Counted from the stretch's first letter, positions 12,462 through 26,258 are shown. The stretch: DNA of 64,000 nucleotides from Octopus bimaculoides (GCF_001194135.2 NC_068984.1:99457333-99521332); one strand, 5' to 3'. Program-made: numbers and translations. The notes: a model not told the origin generated them from the sequence alone.

Positions 12462-12830
12462 ATCACCCTGATGCTGTAACTGAGAGAGAAAATGTAATGG
12501 TTATGTGAGAATTTCCAGTACATACTGACAGAACTATCAAAGCTAATAAACTGGATACTGTTGTAAAAGACCAAAATAATAATGTTTGTTTTTGACATGA
12601 GTATCCCTTGTGATCATAATATTTCAGCAAAAGAATTTGACAAGCTCAGAAAATATAAAAATTTGCACATTGAAATCAAAGAAATGTGACATCTTAAGGC
12701 AATTACAATATCAGTGATTGTAGGAGCTCTTGGAATGATCAAAAAAGGAACTGAAAATTATTTGAGAATGATTCCTGGCTTACCATTCCTGCAAGAAGTG
12801 AAAATTATTGTTTCACATTTATGAGCAGAG
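12462..12830 (+). mobile_element. R4/Dong-like LINE 3' fragment (restriction-like endonuclease)
   Basis: VHTDRTIKANKLDTVVKDQ...MSIPCDHNISAKEFDKLRKYKNL...VIVGALGMIKKG; frameshifts and stops. Confidence 0.75.
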
Positions 12831-13214
12831 AATTGTTTCTGTGAGAACGATAATCTTCTATATAAATTTTTTTCCTGCATAACTTTTTTTGATTTTGTTG
12901 ATGGTCAATCTGGTGTGTTTATTTCAATAGCCTATCAATATATATACAGTGAGTTTCTTTGCCCTAGGTTTTGGGAAGACACTCGGCAAGAAATGGAAAC
13001 AAAATTGAAGGAAGAAGAAAAGCTACAACTTCTGATAATAATAATGATTTCAAATTTTGGTGCAAAACCAGCAATATTAAGTGTGGGGATAAGTCAATTA
13101 CATGAAACCCACCCAGTGCTCAACTGGTACTTATTTCATTGATCCAGAAAGTATGAGAAGCAAAGTTGACCTCAGCGAAAGGTAGAAAAGTGTATAGCAC
13201 AGGTATTGAACTCC

Positions 13215-14490
13215 TCTACAAAGAAAATGGACTGTGGTGAATATAAATATCTGGGAACATACCAGCTAGAACAAAACTTCAATGCAAAAATAAAGAAGAC
13301 GATAATAAAAGAGTACATTCGATATGTGAAGAAATTTTGCAGATCTTAACTGATTGAAGGTAACCTGATTGAATTCATTAATGCCTGGGCATAGCTTTAG
13401 AAGGTATGGTGCATGCATTGGGGAATGGACAAAGGAGGACTTGACCAGCTTAGATTGAAGAACAAGGATAGTGACCATGAACAGATGCTTTAATTCATTC
13501 GGTAATGTAGGTAGACTGTACCTCCTTCATAATGAAGGTGGAAAAGGCTTAATTGGGCTGGAGGAATATGTAAGATCAGAGTGAATTTCATTGAATGCGT
13601 ATTTACAGCCATGTCACACATGTATGCTGAAGGCAGTAATCAATGAGAGAGTACTAGCAGAGACAATCTTTGGTTGATTTTAAGAAAAGGATGCATGAGG
13701 AGAAAGAAGCATTATGGAAAAAGAAGCAACTGCATGAAGTGTTTTTAAGGAAACATAGAAGCTGGCTGGACCTGAGTCATAGGGATGGTTATGGAATGGG
13801 TATCTGAAGAAAGAGGCTGAAGGGATGATATTTGCAGTCCAAAAGAGCAGGCCTTGAGAACAAATTCTGTCAAGTACTCTATCAACCACACATCAGAGGC
13901 ACTATTGTGCAGAAAGTGTTGGCAGGAGACTGAAACTGTACATCACATAATCAGTGGCTGCTCACAACAAGCATGAAAAAAAGAATACAGACGTCACTAT
14001 GACAAAGTCGATCCTAGGTGCACTTCGAACTCTGCAAGAAATATGATCTTCTGTGCACAGATAAGTGATATGACCATATTCTACAGAATGTTGAGAATAA
14101 GTGAGTGAAGCCCATATGAGATATGACCATGTTGAACATAATCACTCTGGTATTACAATTGTGCACAAAGACTCACATGAATGGGTCATGATAGACATCA
14201 CTGTTCCTGCTGACTAGACTGTTGAAATCACTGAGAGAGTAAGAGTAGACAAATACCAAGATTTGACAAGCCATGTGTGAGAAATACATCAAGTAGCAGT
14301 CAAAACTATCCCTTTTGTTATTGGTGGTCTCTGAACAGTTTCAAAGAATTTGGATGCTGTACCTGAGATCTTAGGCATAGCAGATATATTGAAGAGTGCA
14401 CAAATGGCTGTGGTGCTTGGAATGGCTCTTTTGCTGACAAAAGTGTTGTGCCTTTGATCTGCGGACAGAGCTGAGGCATAATTACACACA
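13215..14490 (+). mobile_element. R4/Dong-like LINE fragment (post-RT, zinc knuckle, RLE), decayed
   Basis: INAWA..FRRYGA..GEW, NVGRLYLLHNEGGKGLIGL, ETVHHIISGC, IDITVP, VKTIPFVIGG motifs. Confidence 0.75.
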
Positions 14491-14869
14491 ACCTGACTGT
14501 AAAAGGAGTTGGAGATCAATAACAACAATAATAATAATAATTTCAAATTTATGGGGAGGTGGGGATTGGTTGATTTCTTCAAACCCAGGGCATGACTAAT
14601 TTTAATTATTTTATTTATTTTATCAGCCCTGCAAAGCTGAAAGGCAAAAGTTGACCTTGGCAACATTTGAACACAGACTGTATAAAGTAAGAATAAATGT
14701 TGCTAAGTATTTTGTCTGGTGTGTAAATAATTCTGCCTGACTACTGCCTTAACAACAACAACAACAATGATATTAAGAATTAGCACCATCATCATCATTA
14801 TTATTATTATTCAACATGACTAAGATTGATCTTATTCCTGATAGAATTTATATGATAGCAGGTTTACTA

Positions 14870-16420
14870 CCTGTTATTGTTAGATACCCACATTTCAATA
14901 AGCCTTTAAGTGCTCAAAACCCTTCAGATGATCTTTCCTGTTCTCAATAGGCAAATCTCCTGTAGAAGCTCTTCAGGACATTCCATTCCAATTTCCTTTA
15001 ACCATTTGCCTTTTTCATTACTCGTAGTCCCTCATGCACCTCTTATCACCTTTACAGATTTCATGTTCTAAATCCTTTCAAATTTTAAGGACTGTATTCT
15101 TTCCATCTTCATTCTTCACAGTCCTGGATCAATCAGTAAGCAAATTCACTTTCCCTTGTCTATTATTGTTATATCTCGCTTGTTATTTTCTATCTTCTTA
15201 TCTGTTAGAATTGAAAAATCCCACAAAATCTTACATTTTTCTGACTCAAGGACTCTTTTTACCAGATGAAGAAATAATGTACTTCCAGTTTCAAACCTCA
15301 ATTTCTGACAAAGCTTCCAGTGCAAAACTTTCACAACATGATCATGCTTCCATTTCATATATTCTCCCTAGGACAACTTGGGGAATTCTGCAACAATGTC
15401 TGCCATTGTTTCAGCCCAAATTGCACTTACTCTACATTTTGCTGACACCTTCTCCCAGACACATATTTTCTCAAATTGTTTCTTTGCAGCAACTAATTTT
15501 GAGCTCTCTGTTTCTTTTTTCAATTGCTACCTTTTCAACCAAGTCCAGGAGTTTTTTCCATATACATCCTAAGTGACTTTCCAAAACTGACCATGCAAAA
15601 GTTACTCATTAACCAACTTTACATGTTCTTTGAATGTTATTCTTATTCTTTTCCCCTTTTCCATACTTGATCATCTGTTCTGCATTAACTTTCTTTAGTA
15701 ATTTCTCTGTGCTTCAAATAATCTAGTAAGCTGTTTCATTCCATCTGCACACACTCTTCCACATCAATTAAACCACCTCTACCCTAGTATCTCTTCAAGT
15801 ACAACCAATTAATATCAGCTTTCATATGGTAAGCTCCATACATAATCAACAACTTTCTAATTTTTCTGTGAAGCTTCTTTACTGTCACTTTTTGTCCAAT
15901 CCACAGTTCCAGCTTCATATCTGATAACTGACACTACTCTTGAATTTATTGTTTCAGTAATATTTTTTGAGTTCAACCTTGACTGTAATATTTTTTTCTC
16001 ACTTTCCTTCTATACTCACTACTTGTAATTTGCTTCATCTCTTCATGTTTTATCTCAACTGCCTTCAATATTCCCAAATACTTGTACCACTCTCCATTTT
16101 CAACCACTTTCATTGTTTGCCAATTTAGCATTTCAATTCCCTGCCTTCCTTCAAGTCTTCCTCATTTCATTATCAATATAGCACACTTTTCAGTCCCAGA
16201 TTCCGTAACTACATCATTTGAGAAAATGTGAATGGTATGTACAAGACTTTCTAGCTGCTCCTCGTTTTTCACATAAAGCTTTATACCATCCATAAAAAGG
16301 AGATGATTTATCTGATCATACCCTTTTCCCAAATCGTAAGCTATTTTGACTTTCCGTAATATCAAATTGAGCTGTATCATGGCCAATACAAATAGTAATG
16401 GGGAAATGATTATTATTATT
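14870..16420 (-). mobile_element. R4/Dong-like LINE, 5'-truncated (RT through RLE), decayed
   Basis: ORF-track pieces SPLLFVLAM...INHLLFMDGIKLYVKNEEQLESLV and KWKHDHVVKVLHWKLC...KILWDFSILTDKKIENNKRDITIID. Confidence 0.85.
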
Positions 16421-16611
16421 ATTATTGACACTCATACTTGAATGCTATTATATTTATCAACTCTGGAATAATGAAAGGTAAAGTTAACATTTGGGATTTG
16501 AACTCAGAGCATTCAAAAGCCAGAAAAATTACCATAAAGCTTTTGTTCCAAGTTCTAATACTTCTATCATTTAGCAGCAGGAAGATTACTGGATGTAAAT
16601 ACAAACCTCAC

Positions 16612-16682
16612 ATCAAAAACCTTTCTGCCATTACTGGCAGCATACACACAGAAACAGAATCACAGACAGTATGAAATATTCA
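16612..16682 (-). CDS. Candidate first coding exon (CDS 16643-16612, MLPVMAERFL-I) of unidentified minus-strand gene
   Basis: Acceptor ttttcatttacatacccacag, donor GAT|gtgagg; in-frame TGA right after the acceptor precedes the ATG at 16643; ends in phase 2, matching exon 11284-11393. Confidence 0.45.
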
Positions 16683-17049
16683 CTGTGGGTATGTAAATGA
16701 AAATATTCTAACTTGTTAAAATTAAGTTAGTATTAATATGATTAATGTAATAAACATCAAAAATCTAATTAGAAGTAATTATGTGCTGAGGAAAAGACAA
16801 TATATCGATGACTACTATTTTATCAGTTCATCATTAATTGCATTAAACAGCTTGTATGGATAATTGTAAATATGTCTTGAGATAAACTTAATGTTGTGTT
16901 AGCCAATTTTGGGAGACTTCAAATAAATGTAGGAGTGCAGGCATAGCTGTGTAGTTTAAAAGCTCTCTTCAGAACCATGTGGTCTTGGGTTCAATCCTCA
17001 CTGTGTAGCATCTTGGGAGAATGTCTTCTACTATAACACTTCATTTTCT

Positions 17050-17260
17050 GGCAGAAACATTAGCACGCCAGGCGAAATGCTTAGCGGTATTTCGTCTCCC
17101 GCAACGTTCTAAGTTCAAATTCCGCCAAGGTCGACTTAGCCTTTCATTCTTTTGGGGTTGATTAAATAAGTACCAGTTACGCACTGGGGTCGATGTAATT
17201 GACTTAATTCCTTGTTTGTCCCCTCTATGTTTAGCCCCACTATGGGCAATAAAGAAATAA
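17050..17260 (+). mobile_element. tRNA-derived SINE family B (Meta-domain-like core), well-preserved copy
   Basis: ctggcagaa..ttagcacgcc...gttctaagttcaaattccgccaaggtcgac.tagcctttcattcttttggggttgattaaataagtaccag; CpGs retained. Superfamily assignment is from memory. Confidence 0.7.
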
Positions 17261-17991
17261 ATGCTTTTGTCTGAAATGTTTTGACAAAACTGTGTGGAAA
17301 CTATTCTGTGTGTGTGTGTGTTTGTGTTTGTGTGTGTGTGTGTGTATATGGTAATTTGAGACAATCCAGTGCTTTCTTGTCCTTGAAAAAGTATCTTCAT
17401 TTCACATTGCTTTGCTTTACTTTGATAAAACAAGTACTAACTTAATGCTTGTGTAGTCCCTGTCACACCCTAGATGTTCTGCTCGTCAAGGATGGGAGAG
17501 CTGAGTGAGTGTCTAATTGATATCTGAAACAATTAGCAATTGCATGGTACATGGTAACTAAGTCATTATTGCTTGCAAGTGATGGCTATCGTTTTGATGT
17601 ATTTGTATGTATATGTCCATGTGCATACATGTGGGATTATGCTTGTGTCTGTCTTTATGTCTGACATTATGTAGACATTTCACAAAAATGCTGTCTGCAT
17701 TTATGTCCTTTGCAACAAATAGAGTTCACACTAAAACAAGTGAGCATTTAGAACCCTTCAAGGTGGTGCCCCACCATAACTGTAGCCCTCCCATTTTCTG
17801 TCAATAAAAAAGATAACAACAAGATATTTATTTACATTTGTCTGATGTCTTACAACATTGGTTACGAATTTTGACACAAGGCCAGCAATTTTGGGGGAAG
17901 GAGTAAATCAATTACATTGACCCCAGTGGTCAACTGGACTAACAAAAGATATTAAGTTTCCCTTAATATATATTTTGATATTCTAAGTAAA

Positions 17992-18207
17992 GTAAGGTGG
18001 TGAGCTGGCAGAATCATTAGCACTCTGGGCAAAATACTTAGCTGCATTTCATCCATACTTACATTCTGAGTTCAACTTCTATCGAGGTTGACTTTGCTTT
18101 TCATCCTTTCACAGTTGATAAAATAAGAACCAGTTGTGCACTGGCATTGATGTAATCAATTTATGCCTCCCCAAAACTTGCTGGCCTTGTGCCAAAATTA
18201 GAGACCA
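17992..18207 (+). mobile_element. SINE family B copy with 14-bp target-site duplication
   Basis: atattctaagtaaa at 17978-17991 and 18208-18221 flanks the SINE. Confidence 0.75.
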
Positions 18208-19049
18208 ATATTCTAAGTAAAAAGCAAAATTCTAAACAGGTCAGTAATATTTATCCCTCCTCACCAAAACATACACTTCATTGTACTTGCTGAACTTGTA
18301 CTTAAATAATTCTTAATTCGATATACAATATTGAGTCCATGTAGATGTAGAAAATAAGTATATTTTTAAAATTTAATAACTAAGATTAGTGATAACCATT
18401 ACCAAGAATAACAATAGTTAATTTATGTATTCAATAAAGAGAAGCATCAAATATCTAAAACTGTTTCTCGCTGTCTCTTCTTCCACTACATAATGGCCAC
18501 TACTTTGCTTTGCTGTATGCATTATATCTGCATCCCAGAAACTCTCCAGAAACTTGTTTTCTCTCATTGTCATCTCTATTCTGTCTCACAACCCACCATC
18601 TTGCACTAGGTGCATTTTTTCTTCATCCTCCTTCACCAAAATACCACCCACTGAAGTTTCCTCCTAGCTCCAATTTTTCCTGCTATTTGCTGATATTGTC
18701 ATTAAACAACTTCAAATGCATATCAGGTGCATTGGTCTCACTTGTCTGGAAGGGTTTAGAATGTTCTTAGACTTTGCTTCTTCTCTTAAGAAGAATTAAA
18801 TTAGTACATTTTTACTTTACATCTGAGTTTTATTTAGACTGTATAAATGTATCACATGTTCCCTTAAAGAAGTTTGTAAACAGATGCAAGTGTGGATGTG
18901 TGGGAAGAAGCTTGCTTCCCAACTTCACAGTCTTACATGTTTACACTTTTATCACCGTCAAAGTATTCTCTATTTGAAGCAACGCATCGGTCCAGATGCG
19001 TTTTCCAATGTCCGAAGCAGTCCTAGAACTCTTGCGAAGTGATACCTTT

Positions 19050-19660
19050 TAACGCCCCCATTGTTTTTTCTTCTCCGCCTCTTCCACATCTGCAAATTCT
19101 GTAGCACCATCTTTCATCACCAGTGATGACCTTAAAAAAAAAAGTCCAGATCAATTTCCAACTGTTCTTTCAGTTCACGACACACATTCAGTCCTGACTG
19201 CTTTTGATCTTCTGTGAGCAAGTGAGGCACAAGTTTTGCTGCAACTATTTTCATTTGCAACTCCTCACTCAAAATTCATTGGCAGGAGTTCCAGAACACT
19301 CCATGTCAATTGTTTGGTGATGGTCTGCCAAGATCAGTTCATGAATTTTCATGATGTTTTCATTCATTCAGGAGGTCGATGGATGCCCTGAATGAGGTTG
19401 ATCTTCAAGTGACAATTCCAAAAGCATGAAAACCATTCATAAACTTGTGTTTTGCTCATGGCAGCATCCTTGTAAGCTGTTTGAAGCATGACAACTGTTT
19501 TGGTCAACATTTTCCCCAGCAGAAAACAGAATTTCATGGAAGCATGCTGTTCCTTCATTTCAGCAAAAATTGACGAACAGGAGAGAAGCACTGCAAAGCA
19601 AAGATACATCATGTGACAGTAGGACTACACTCAATGACACCAGGCAGCATACTGATGCTT
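19050..19660 (-). mobile_element. Mariner transposase fragment (N-terminal HTH to first D), decayed
   Basis: MKEQHASMKFCFLLGK...AAMSKTQVYEWF and AAKLVPHLLTEDQKQ...KVITGDERWCY. Confidence 0.8.
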
Positions 19661-20051
19661 GAAGGTCATATCAAGTGGTTTCTAGTGGCAGAAGCATGAA
19701 CTACAACAGGCTTGTCCCACAGGGAATGTTTCTGGTTACTTTTGAGTACCCTCTTGTGTGTGTTTGTGTCTGTATTTGTCCCCCGCCATTGCTTGATAAC
19801 CGGTGTTGGTACATTTATGACCCTATATCTTAGTTCAGTAAAAGATATTGATAGAATAAGTACTAGGCTTAAAATAAATAAGTACTGGGGTACATTCATT
19901 TGACTAAAAATTCTTCAAGGTTGTGCCCTAGCACGGCTGCAGTCAAATGATTGAAACAAGGAAAAGATAAATGATATATGCTAACTGTGGTGTTGTGTTC
20001 CTAGTGAGGAATAGAATTGAATTATTCATTACATAGTTCATGGTATTATCC

Positions 20052-20315
20052 AAATTTTAATGTTAGGATTTAGATGTTTATAGTAACAGTAAACCTTAGC
20101 TTTAGTGTAATAGTGTTTAATATATTCAAGTTTTAGTGTTGTGTCAATTAATCTTGTTTTAGTGTCATAGTATCAGTAAGCATCAATAGTAGTATAAGTA
20201 AGACCTAATTTTAAGATTATGGTGTCAGTAAACCACAGTTTTGGTGTTATAGTGTCAATAAATCTCAGTTTTAATGTTACAATGTCAATAAACTACAATT
20301 TAGGGTTATAGTGCT
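20052..20315. repeat. Degenerate ~30-bp minisatellite (ttttagtgttatagtgtcaataaacctcag-like)
   Basis: Repeated ttttag/atgttatagtgtcaataa units read by eye. Confidence 0.65.
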
Positions 20316-20524
20316 CTTATTATAAATCATTGCTACATAATTTTTCCATTTATCTTTTCTGTAACATAACTGACAGACAATACGTGATCAGCAATTGAAA
20401 TATTTCAATTTTCAATTCTCCTGTCAAAATATATAATCTCAATGTATATCAGATAAGTCTCCCAATAATCAACACTTTGGTTTGATGAGGTGGTGTAATA
20501 CAAAGTGTAATGCAACTTGTAATA

Positions 20525-20975
20525 AGGATTTCAAATTTTTGGCTCAAGGATGGCAATTTCAAGGGAGAGGTAAGCGATTACATCAATCCCAGTATTTAAT
20601 TTATCGATCCTTAAATGATGAAAGGCAATGTTGACCTCATTGAAATTTGAACTCAGAATGTAAAGACAGATGGAATGTCACTAAGCATTTTGCCCAGTGT
20701 GCTAACGATTCTGCCAGATCACCACCTTCAAATAATAATAATAATGGTTTTAAATTTTGCCACAAGGGCAGCAACTTTGGGAGAGGGGATCAGTTGATTA
20801 CATCGACCCAAGTGTTCAACTGGTACTTATTTTATCGACCTTGAAAGGATGAATGGTAAAGTTGATCTCAGAAGAATTTGAACTCAGAACATGAAGACAG
20901 ATGAAATGCCACTAAGCATTTTGCCCAGTGTGCTAACGATTCTGCCAGCTTACTGCTTTGAAATAATAATAATAA
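20525..20975 (-). mobile_element. Two tandem SINE family B copies separated by (AAT)n
   Basis: Each unit reads (on +) ...gaaaggatgaaaggcaaagttgacctc..gaatttgaactcagaa...ctaagcattttgcccagtgtgctaacgattctgccag. Confidence 0.75.
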
Positions 20976-22099
20976 TCATGAAATGAAGAAATGTTGTGTT
21001 GAATAGGTCTGGATGTTTGATTTTGTTTGTCCAACATTGGAAGGTTCTGAAGAATGTGAACAAGAGAGTGAGAGATGTTCATTACTTCAATCAGTGGAAA
21101 AAAAAAACCCTACAGTGATGTATTTTTTAATGCTCTTGTCAAGAATATAGGAGGCAGCCTTGACCTTTATTTAGGACCTCTGGGACTGGTGGTATGGAAA
21201 GAAGGAAGGAAGGAAGAAAGTTATCCTTAGACTAGAGTCTTGATCCAAATATTTGCAACAAACTTAAGTAAACCAGATTGTCCAAGAACCAAAACTGCAT
21301 CACAAACCTGGATTTCAGACAACTTTCTATTATTCTACTGTACATGTTCAATTTCCTGAATGCACAACAATTTGATTTGAACTCAAGACCTATGAACTAA
21401 AAATCCAATGCTTAACTATAGACAAGCTGTTTCTTCACTGTGCCTCTTCTATAGTGGCCTCTGCTCTTCACAACCGACTTATCATGTGTCATCTCCACTC
21501 ATTCACTCTCAACTCATTCATTCTAAAGTTCTTTCTTCACATACACTCTAGGCCTCACAAGGATCACCTTCTACCCAATCCTTCTTCTCCAGCCCTATGA
21601 TCCAGTGCAAAAAGTGACCAAGTCCAACATTGAGCACCCGGAGATGAAGGAATTACTTGTTTCTCTGGTGGTGCCACTAAAGTGATGGGAAATATCAGTT
21701 TCAAATTTTGGCACCAGACCAGTAGTTTTAGGGGAGGTGGATAAGTCAATTACATCAACCCCAGTGCTCAACTGCTATGTATTTCAACAACCCCTGAAAG
21801 AGAGGAAAGGCAAAGTTGACTTCGGTGGAATTTGAACTTAGAACATAAAGACAGACATAATGTCGCTAAGCATTTTGTCAGATATGCTAACAATTTGGCC
21901 AGCTTGTCACCCCAGTGACAGGGAAATATCAATGCCACTTTTAAGAATATTGGATTGTTAATTTCTAGTGGACATGTACTGATGTTCAGCTGCTATAATG
22001 GAGCCCTCTTTTTCTGATTTAAGCCTCAGTAAATATAGCTACTGATGAGTCATTACTCATATATACCACCATTGCTGTCTCTCATAGAGTATTTACAAA

Positions 22100-23000
22100 T
22101 GTAATGCCTTACTTTTCCACTTATAATGCAGCTCTGAAATTCCATTTGATTAGACTTGTGCTTTTATTTGCTTTGTGTTTACACTGTATTCTTCAGTTTC
22201 ATCTATATATGCTTTAATCTCAGTGATCTTTAATTCCTTTATATATTTGTTTGTTTCTTTTGATACTGAGTTTAATTTTTTGGTACTGAATACTTGAGCT
22301 TGCAAGCAATTCAAGTATCCAGTTTTGCTCTTTAGATAGGTGTCTAACCCTTTGGTTGCTGTCTTCAAAGACAGTTGGCACTGTATCAGTTCTTGTTCTC
22401 CTTCCTTTCATAGAACGTATAGTCTGTCTACATCTGCCTTTGGTGCATTGTGAGAAAACTGAATATTTGTGTATCTACTTATATCATTTATGAACAATTT
22501 TATGATATTAAAGACATAGATCACAAGCATAGCCAGGGTATTAATGGCATGAATTTTATTTCTCACATTAAGTTTGCTTTGTAGGCTATCTCTCACAGTG
22601 GGTACTGGATGCTATCCCCTCACACACAAACATTTTTTGTACAAATTTTTTGTAGTTTTCTTCAGGACCTATTTTCTTTATTGTGGTAGTCTCCTCTTAC
22701 TGAATGATTTTAAAACTTTTCCTTTAAAGAATGTAACTTCAGCACATTTATTAAAGCCAACTGACATTTCAATATTGCCACTAAATTGTTTTACTATACT
22801 TAAAAGCTACTCCAGTTGTTGATCTCCTTTTGCAAAAGGCTTTACAACATCCATGCAAAAGAGGTGATTGATTGATCATCTCTATCCAGGTCTTGTGTTA
22901 TTTAACAGCTCGCTTCGGGGACTGAGAGCTTTGCAACAAAGAACTAGTGATAGAGAATCACACTGAAAAATACCACAGTTTATACCAATGTTCCCAGCAT
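22100..23000 (-). mobile_element. R4/Dong-like LINE RT-region fragments, heavily decayed
   Basis: IFQCDSLS...SELLNNT...INHLFCMDVVKPFAKGDQQLE; RNKIHAINTLA; PKADVDRLY. Confidence 0.7.
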
Positions 23001-23689
23001 TCAACATTCATCATCATCATCATCATCATTTTTGAAGTGTACACATATATGTTTATTTCACTCCAAAGCTAGACCATATTCATAGCATCACTAAATGAAA
23101 TTTTCTTTGGCATACTTGCTAAAATGGATTATAATACTCTGAAGAATACCCCATCTTTGATATTTAGGATTAGACAATTAGAAGGTGGGTTAGTTTTACA
23201 GACTTTTCGTATTCATTTACTCACACAGCATTTTCATTTTCAAAATGGCTACCAAACAAAAATATGATACATGACAAACATTGCAGCAGTTAATATGGAA
23301 AAACACAACATGAAGCTAAATACACAATTTGAAGAATAAAAATGAAATGAACTTTTAAATTAACAGTTAACAAATAACATATTCCAAACAGTCAAACAGT
23401 TAGTTTTAATGATTGTGATTGTAACAACACCAGCAATTGTAGCATTTGCACTTTAAATTGCTTATATATCAGTTGTGTTAACATGTTATTCAACAAACAG
23501 ATTTTTTAGAGTTCACATGGTTCTGAGAGAAACAAAAATGTAGTCAAAAAACATTTTCTGACTAAATAATGTTTCTTTGCCATTTTAATGCAAGACAGGA
23601 ATTACTACAAGTTCTCCAGAACATCTCAAAAGAAATACTTTTCAACTGTAAAATGGGAAAAGTTAAGACACTATCTGCTACATATTCAA

Positions 23690-23948
23690 AACCAAGACTC
23701 AGCCAAAATATAGGCTGCGAGACCGAGACCTTTGGAAATGGGCTGTGCGTGAGAAGACCCGGCAAGCCAAGTAAGATCGTTGCCAGTGCCCCTGGACTGG
23801 TTCTTGTGCGGGTGGCACATGAGATGCACCATTTTGAGCGTGGCCGTTGCCAGTACCGCCTGACTGGCTCCTGTAGGATTTTCGAGCGAGATCGTTGCCA
23901 GTGCCCCTGGACTGGCTTGTGCGGGTGGCACATAAAAGACACCATTTC
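23690..23948 (+). repeat. RTE-like 3' tail followed by GC-rich tandem units running into a gap
   Basis: gaccgagacctttggaaatgggctgtgcgtgagaagacccgg (DRDLWKWAVREKTR), then two copies of gatcgttgccagtgcccctggactgg..ttgtgcgggtggcacat. Confidence 0.6.
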
Positions 23949-24665
23949 NNNNNNNNNNNNNNNNNNNNNNNNNNNNNNNNNNNNNNNNNNNNNNNNNNNN
24001 NNNNNNNNNNNNNNNNNNNNNNNNNNNNNNNNNNNNNNNNNNNNNNNNNNNNNNNNNNNNNNNNNNNNNNNNNNNNNNNNNNNNNNNNNNNNNNNNNNNN
24101 NNNNNNNNNNNNNNNNNNNNNNNNNNNNNNNNNNNNNNNNNNNNNNNNNNNNNNNNNNNNNNNNNNNNNNNNNNNNNNNNNNNNNNNNNNNNNNNNNNNN
24201 NNNNNNNNNNNNNNNNNNNNNNNNNNNNNNNNNNNNNNNNNNNNNNNNNNNNNNNNNNNNNNNNNNNNNNNNNNNNNNNNNNNNNNNNNNNNNNNNNNNN
24301 NNNNNNNNNNNNNNNNNNNNNNNNNNNNNNNNNNNNNNNNNNNNNNNNNNNNNNNNNNNNNNNNNNNNNNNNNNNNNNNNNNNNNNNNNNNNNNNNNNNN
24401 NNNNNNNNNNNNNNNNNNNNNNNNNNNNNNNNNNNNNNNNNNNNNNNNNNNNNNNNNNNNNNNNNNNNNNNNNNNNNNNNNNNNNNNNNNNNNNNNNNNN
24501 NNNNNNNNNNNNNNNNNNNNNNNNNNNNNNNNNNNNNNNNNNNNNNNNNNNNNNNNNNNNNNNNNNNNNNNNNNNNNNNNNNNNNNNNNNNNNNNNNNNN
24601 NNNNNNNNNNNNNNNNNNNNNNNNNNNNNNNNNNNNNNNNNNNNNNNNNNNNNNNNNNNNNNNNN

Positions 24666-24697
<32 letters not shown>

Positions 24698-26258
24698 GTG
24701 TATGTGTCTTTGTGTTTGTCCCCCACCATCGCTTGACAACTGATGTTGGTGTGTTTATGTCCCCAAAACTTAGCAGTTTGGCAAAGAGACCAATAGAATA
24801 AGTCCTAAGCTTACAAAGGATAAGTCCTGGGGTCAATTTCTTTGACTAAAACCCTTTAAGCTAGTGCTCCAGCATGGCTACAATCAAATGACTGAAACAT
24901 GTAAAAGAATTATGTATAGATATTTCTGCCTTAAAACGTTTGTTATTGTAATTTCAGAGTTTTGTTGTCTATAACATTATGTTATAATCTATAATCTACA
25001 TCTGTAACACTTTAACCAGGGAATAAAACTGAAGTCATGACCTGTTACACACACAATATTTATTTTGTCGGTTAGAAAACTGACAGATAAACTATGAGAT
25101 GAAATTGAAAACATAAATCTATTATAAATACATTTAGCTGTCTTCAGTATAATTCCTCTGTTCTATCAGCCACTACTCCCTTTCTCTCAGTTCACCCCTC
25201 TATTGATGTATATCACTCTTTCATTTACCATCTCATTATTCATCACTCATGCCCTCTTTTACTAGCTAGCTTCAACCTACAACTTCCTCTTCCCCAGGTA
25301 AATCATATCATATCCATCATATGCTCTAACTATAATAGAGTGACAGAATAATTGCAGAGGATTGTGGAAGAGAGAGCAGAAGATGGGTTGGTGATAAATA
25401 TCATATCACTCTCCCATGTGTCCTTCCTTCCACAGTCACCTCATCCCTCTGAATCCTCCCCTCCCACATCTTACTTTTGTATCTTTCTTTCTTTCTTCCT
25501 TGTTTCATTTTTGCAGTTATCCTTTGACCTATCCACTCTGTCAGTTGTTTGTCTCAAAGATAGACAACTACAGTGCTGAGAGCTCACTTTGTCATTATTC
25601 AGAGTCCAAAGCAGTCTCATTAGTTTTGGTGCCATGATAAAACACACCCACTACATTCTGTAAAGTGATTGCCAACTGAGCAGAATCAACATATGGTTGA
25701 GAGAACCCTTTAGTCCTGCCTTGCTGAGGACATGACACTCTCTCAAATACTAAAATCAAATGCACCTAGTACATACTATAAAGTGGTTCATATAAAAAAA
25801 AGCACCCAAACGTAGAAATCATGCAAAAATTAAAATCTATGAGTGTAACATATTTTAATGCTGCATCTAGGTAGGAAGGAGATCTAAGACTGTTACAACC
25901 TTGGAAAGTGGATATAAACTGATTATGATGATGATGACAATGACATAACATTTATATTTTATTATTCATAAGATAATGGACTAATAAAAATATATTTCAA
26001 ATTGAATATGACATATATTTTATCAGTATATTTGTTTTAGAAAATAGAGATGTAGTGAAGTGCATTAAGATTTATTTAAAACTTTGCTAGTATAGATATT
26101 CTGTTGCAGCATAATATTATAGATAAGAGAGTATTGTAGTTCGCTTGAAGCATTGTGTATTGTTTGTAAAGAATAAAAATTTAGAATGGTACAACAATGC
26201 ACTATAGAACAAAAAATGGACTATATACCTGTTGTAATTTGGTTATCTATAGTCCGAT

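Noticed and set aside
21551-21700. Segment open on both strands with splice-like sites (LTRITFYPILLLQPYDP... on +; APPEKQVIPSSPGAQCW... on -)
   Set aside because: No recognisable homology, weak donors, and it lies in what looks like a decayed LINE next to a SINE.
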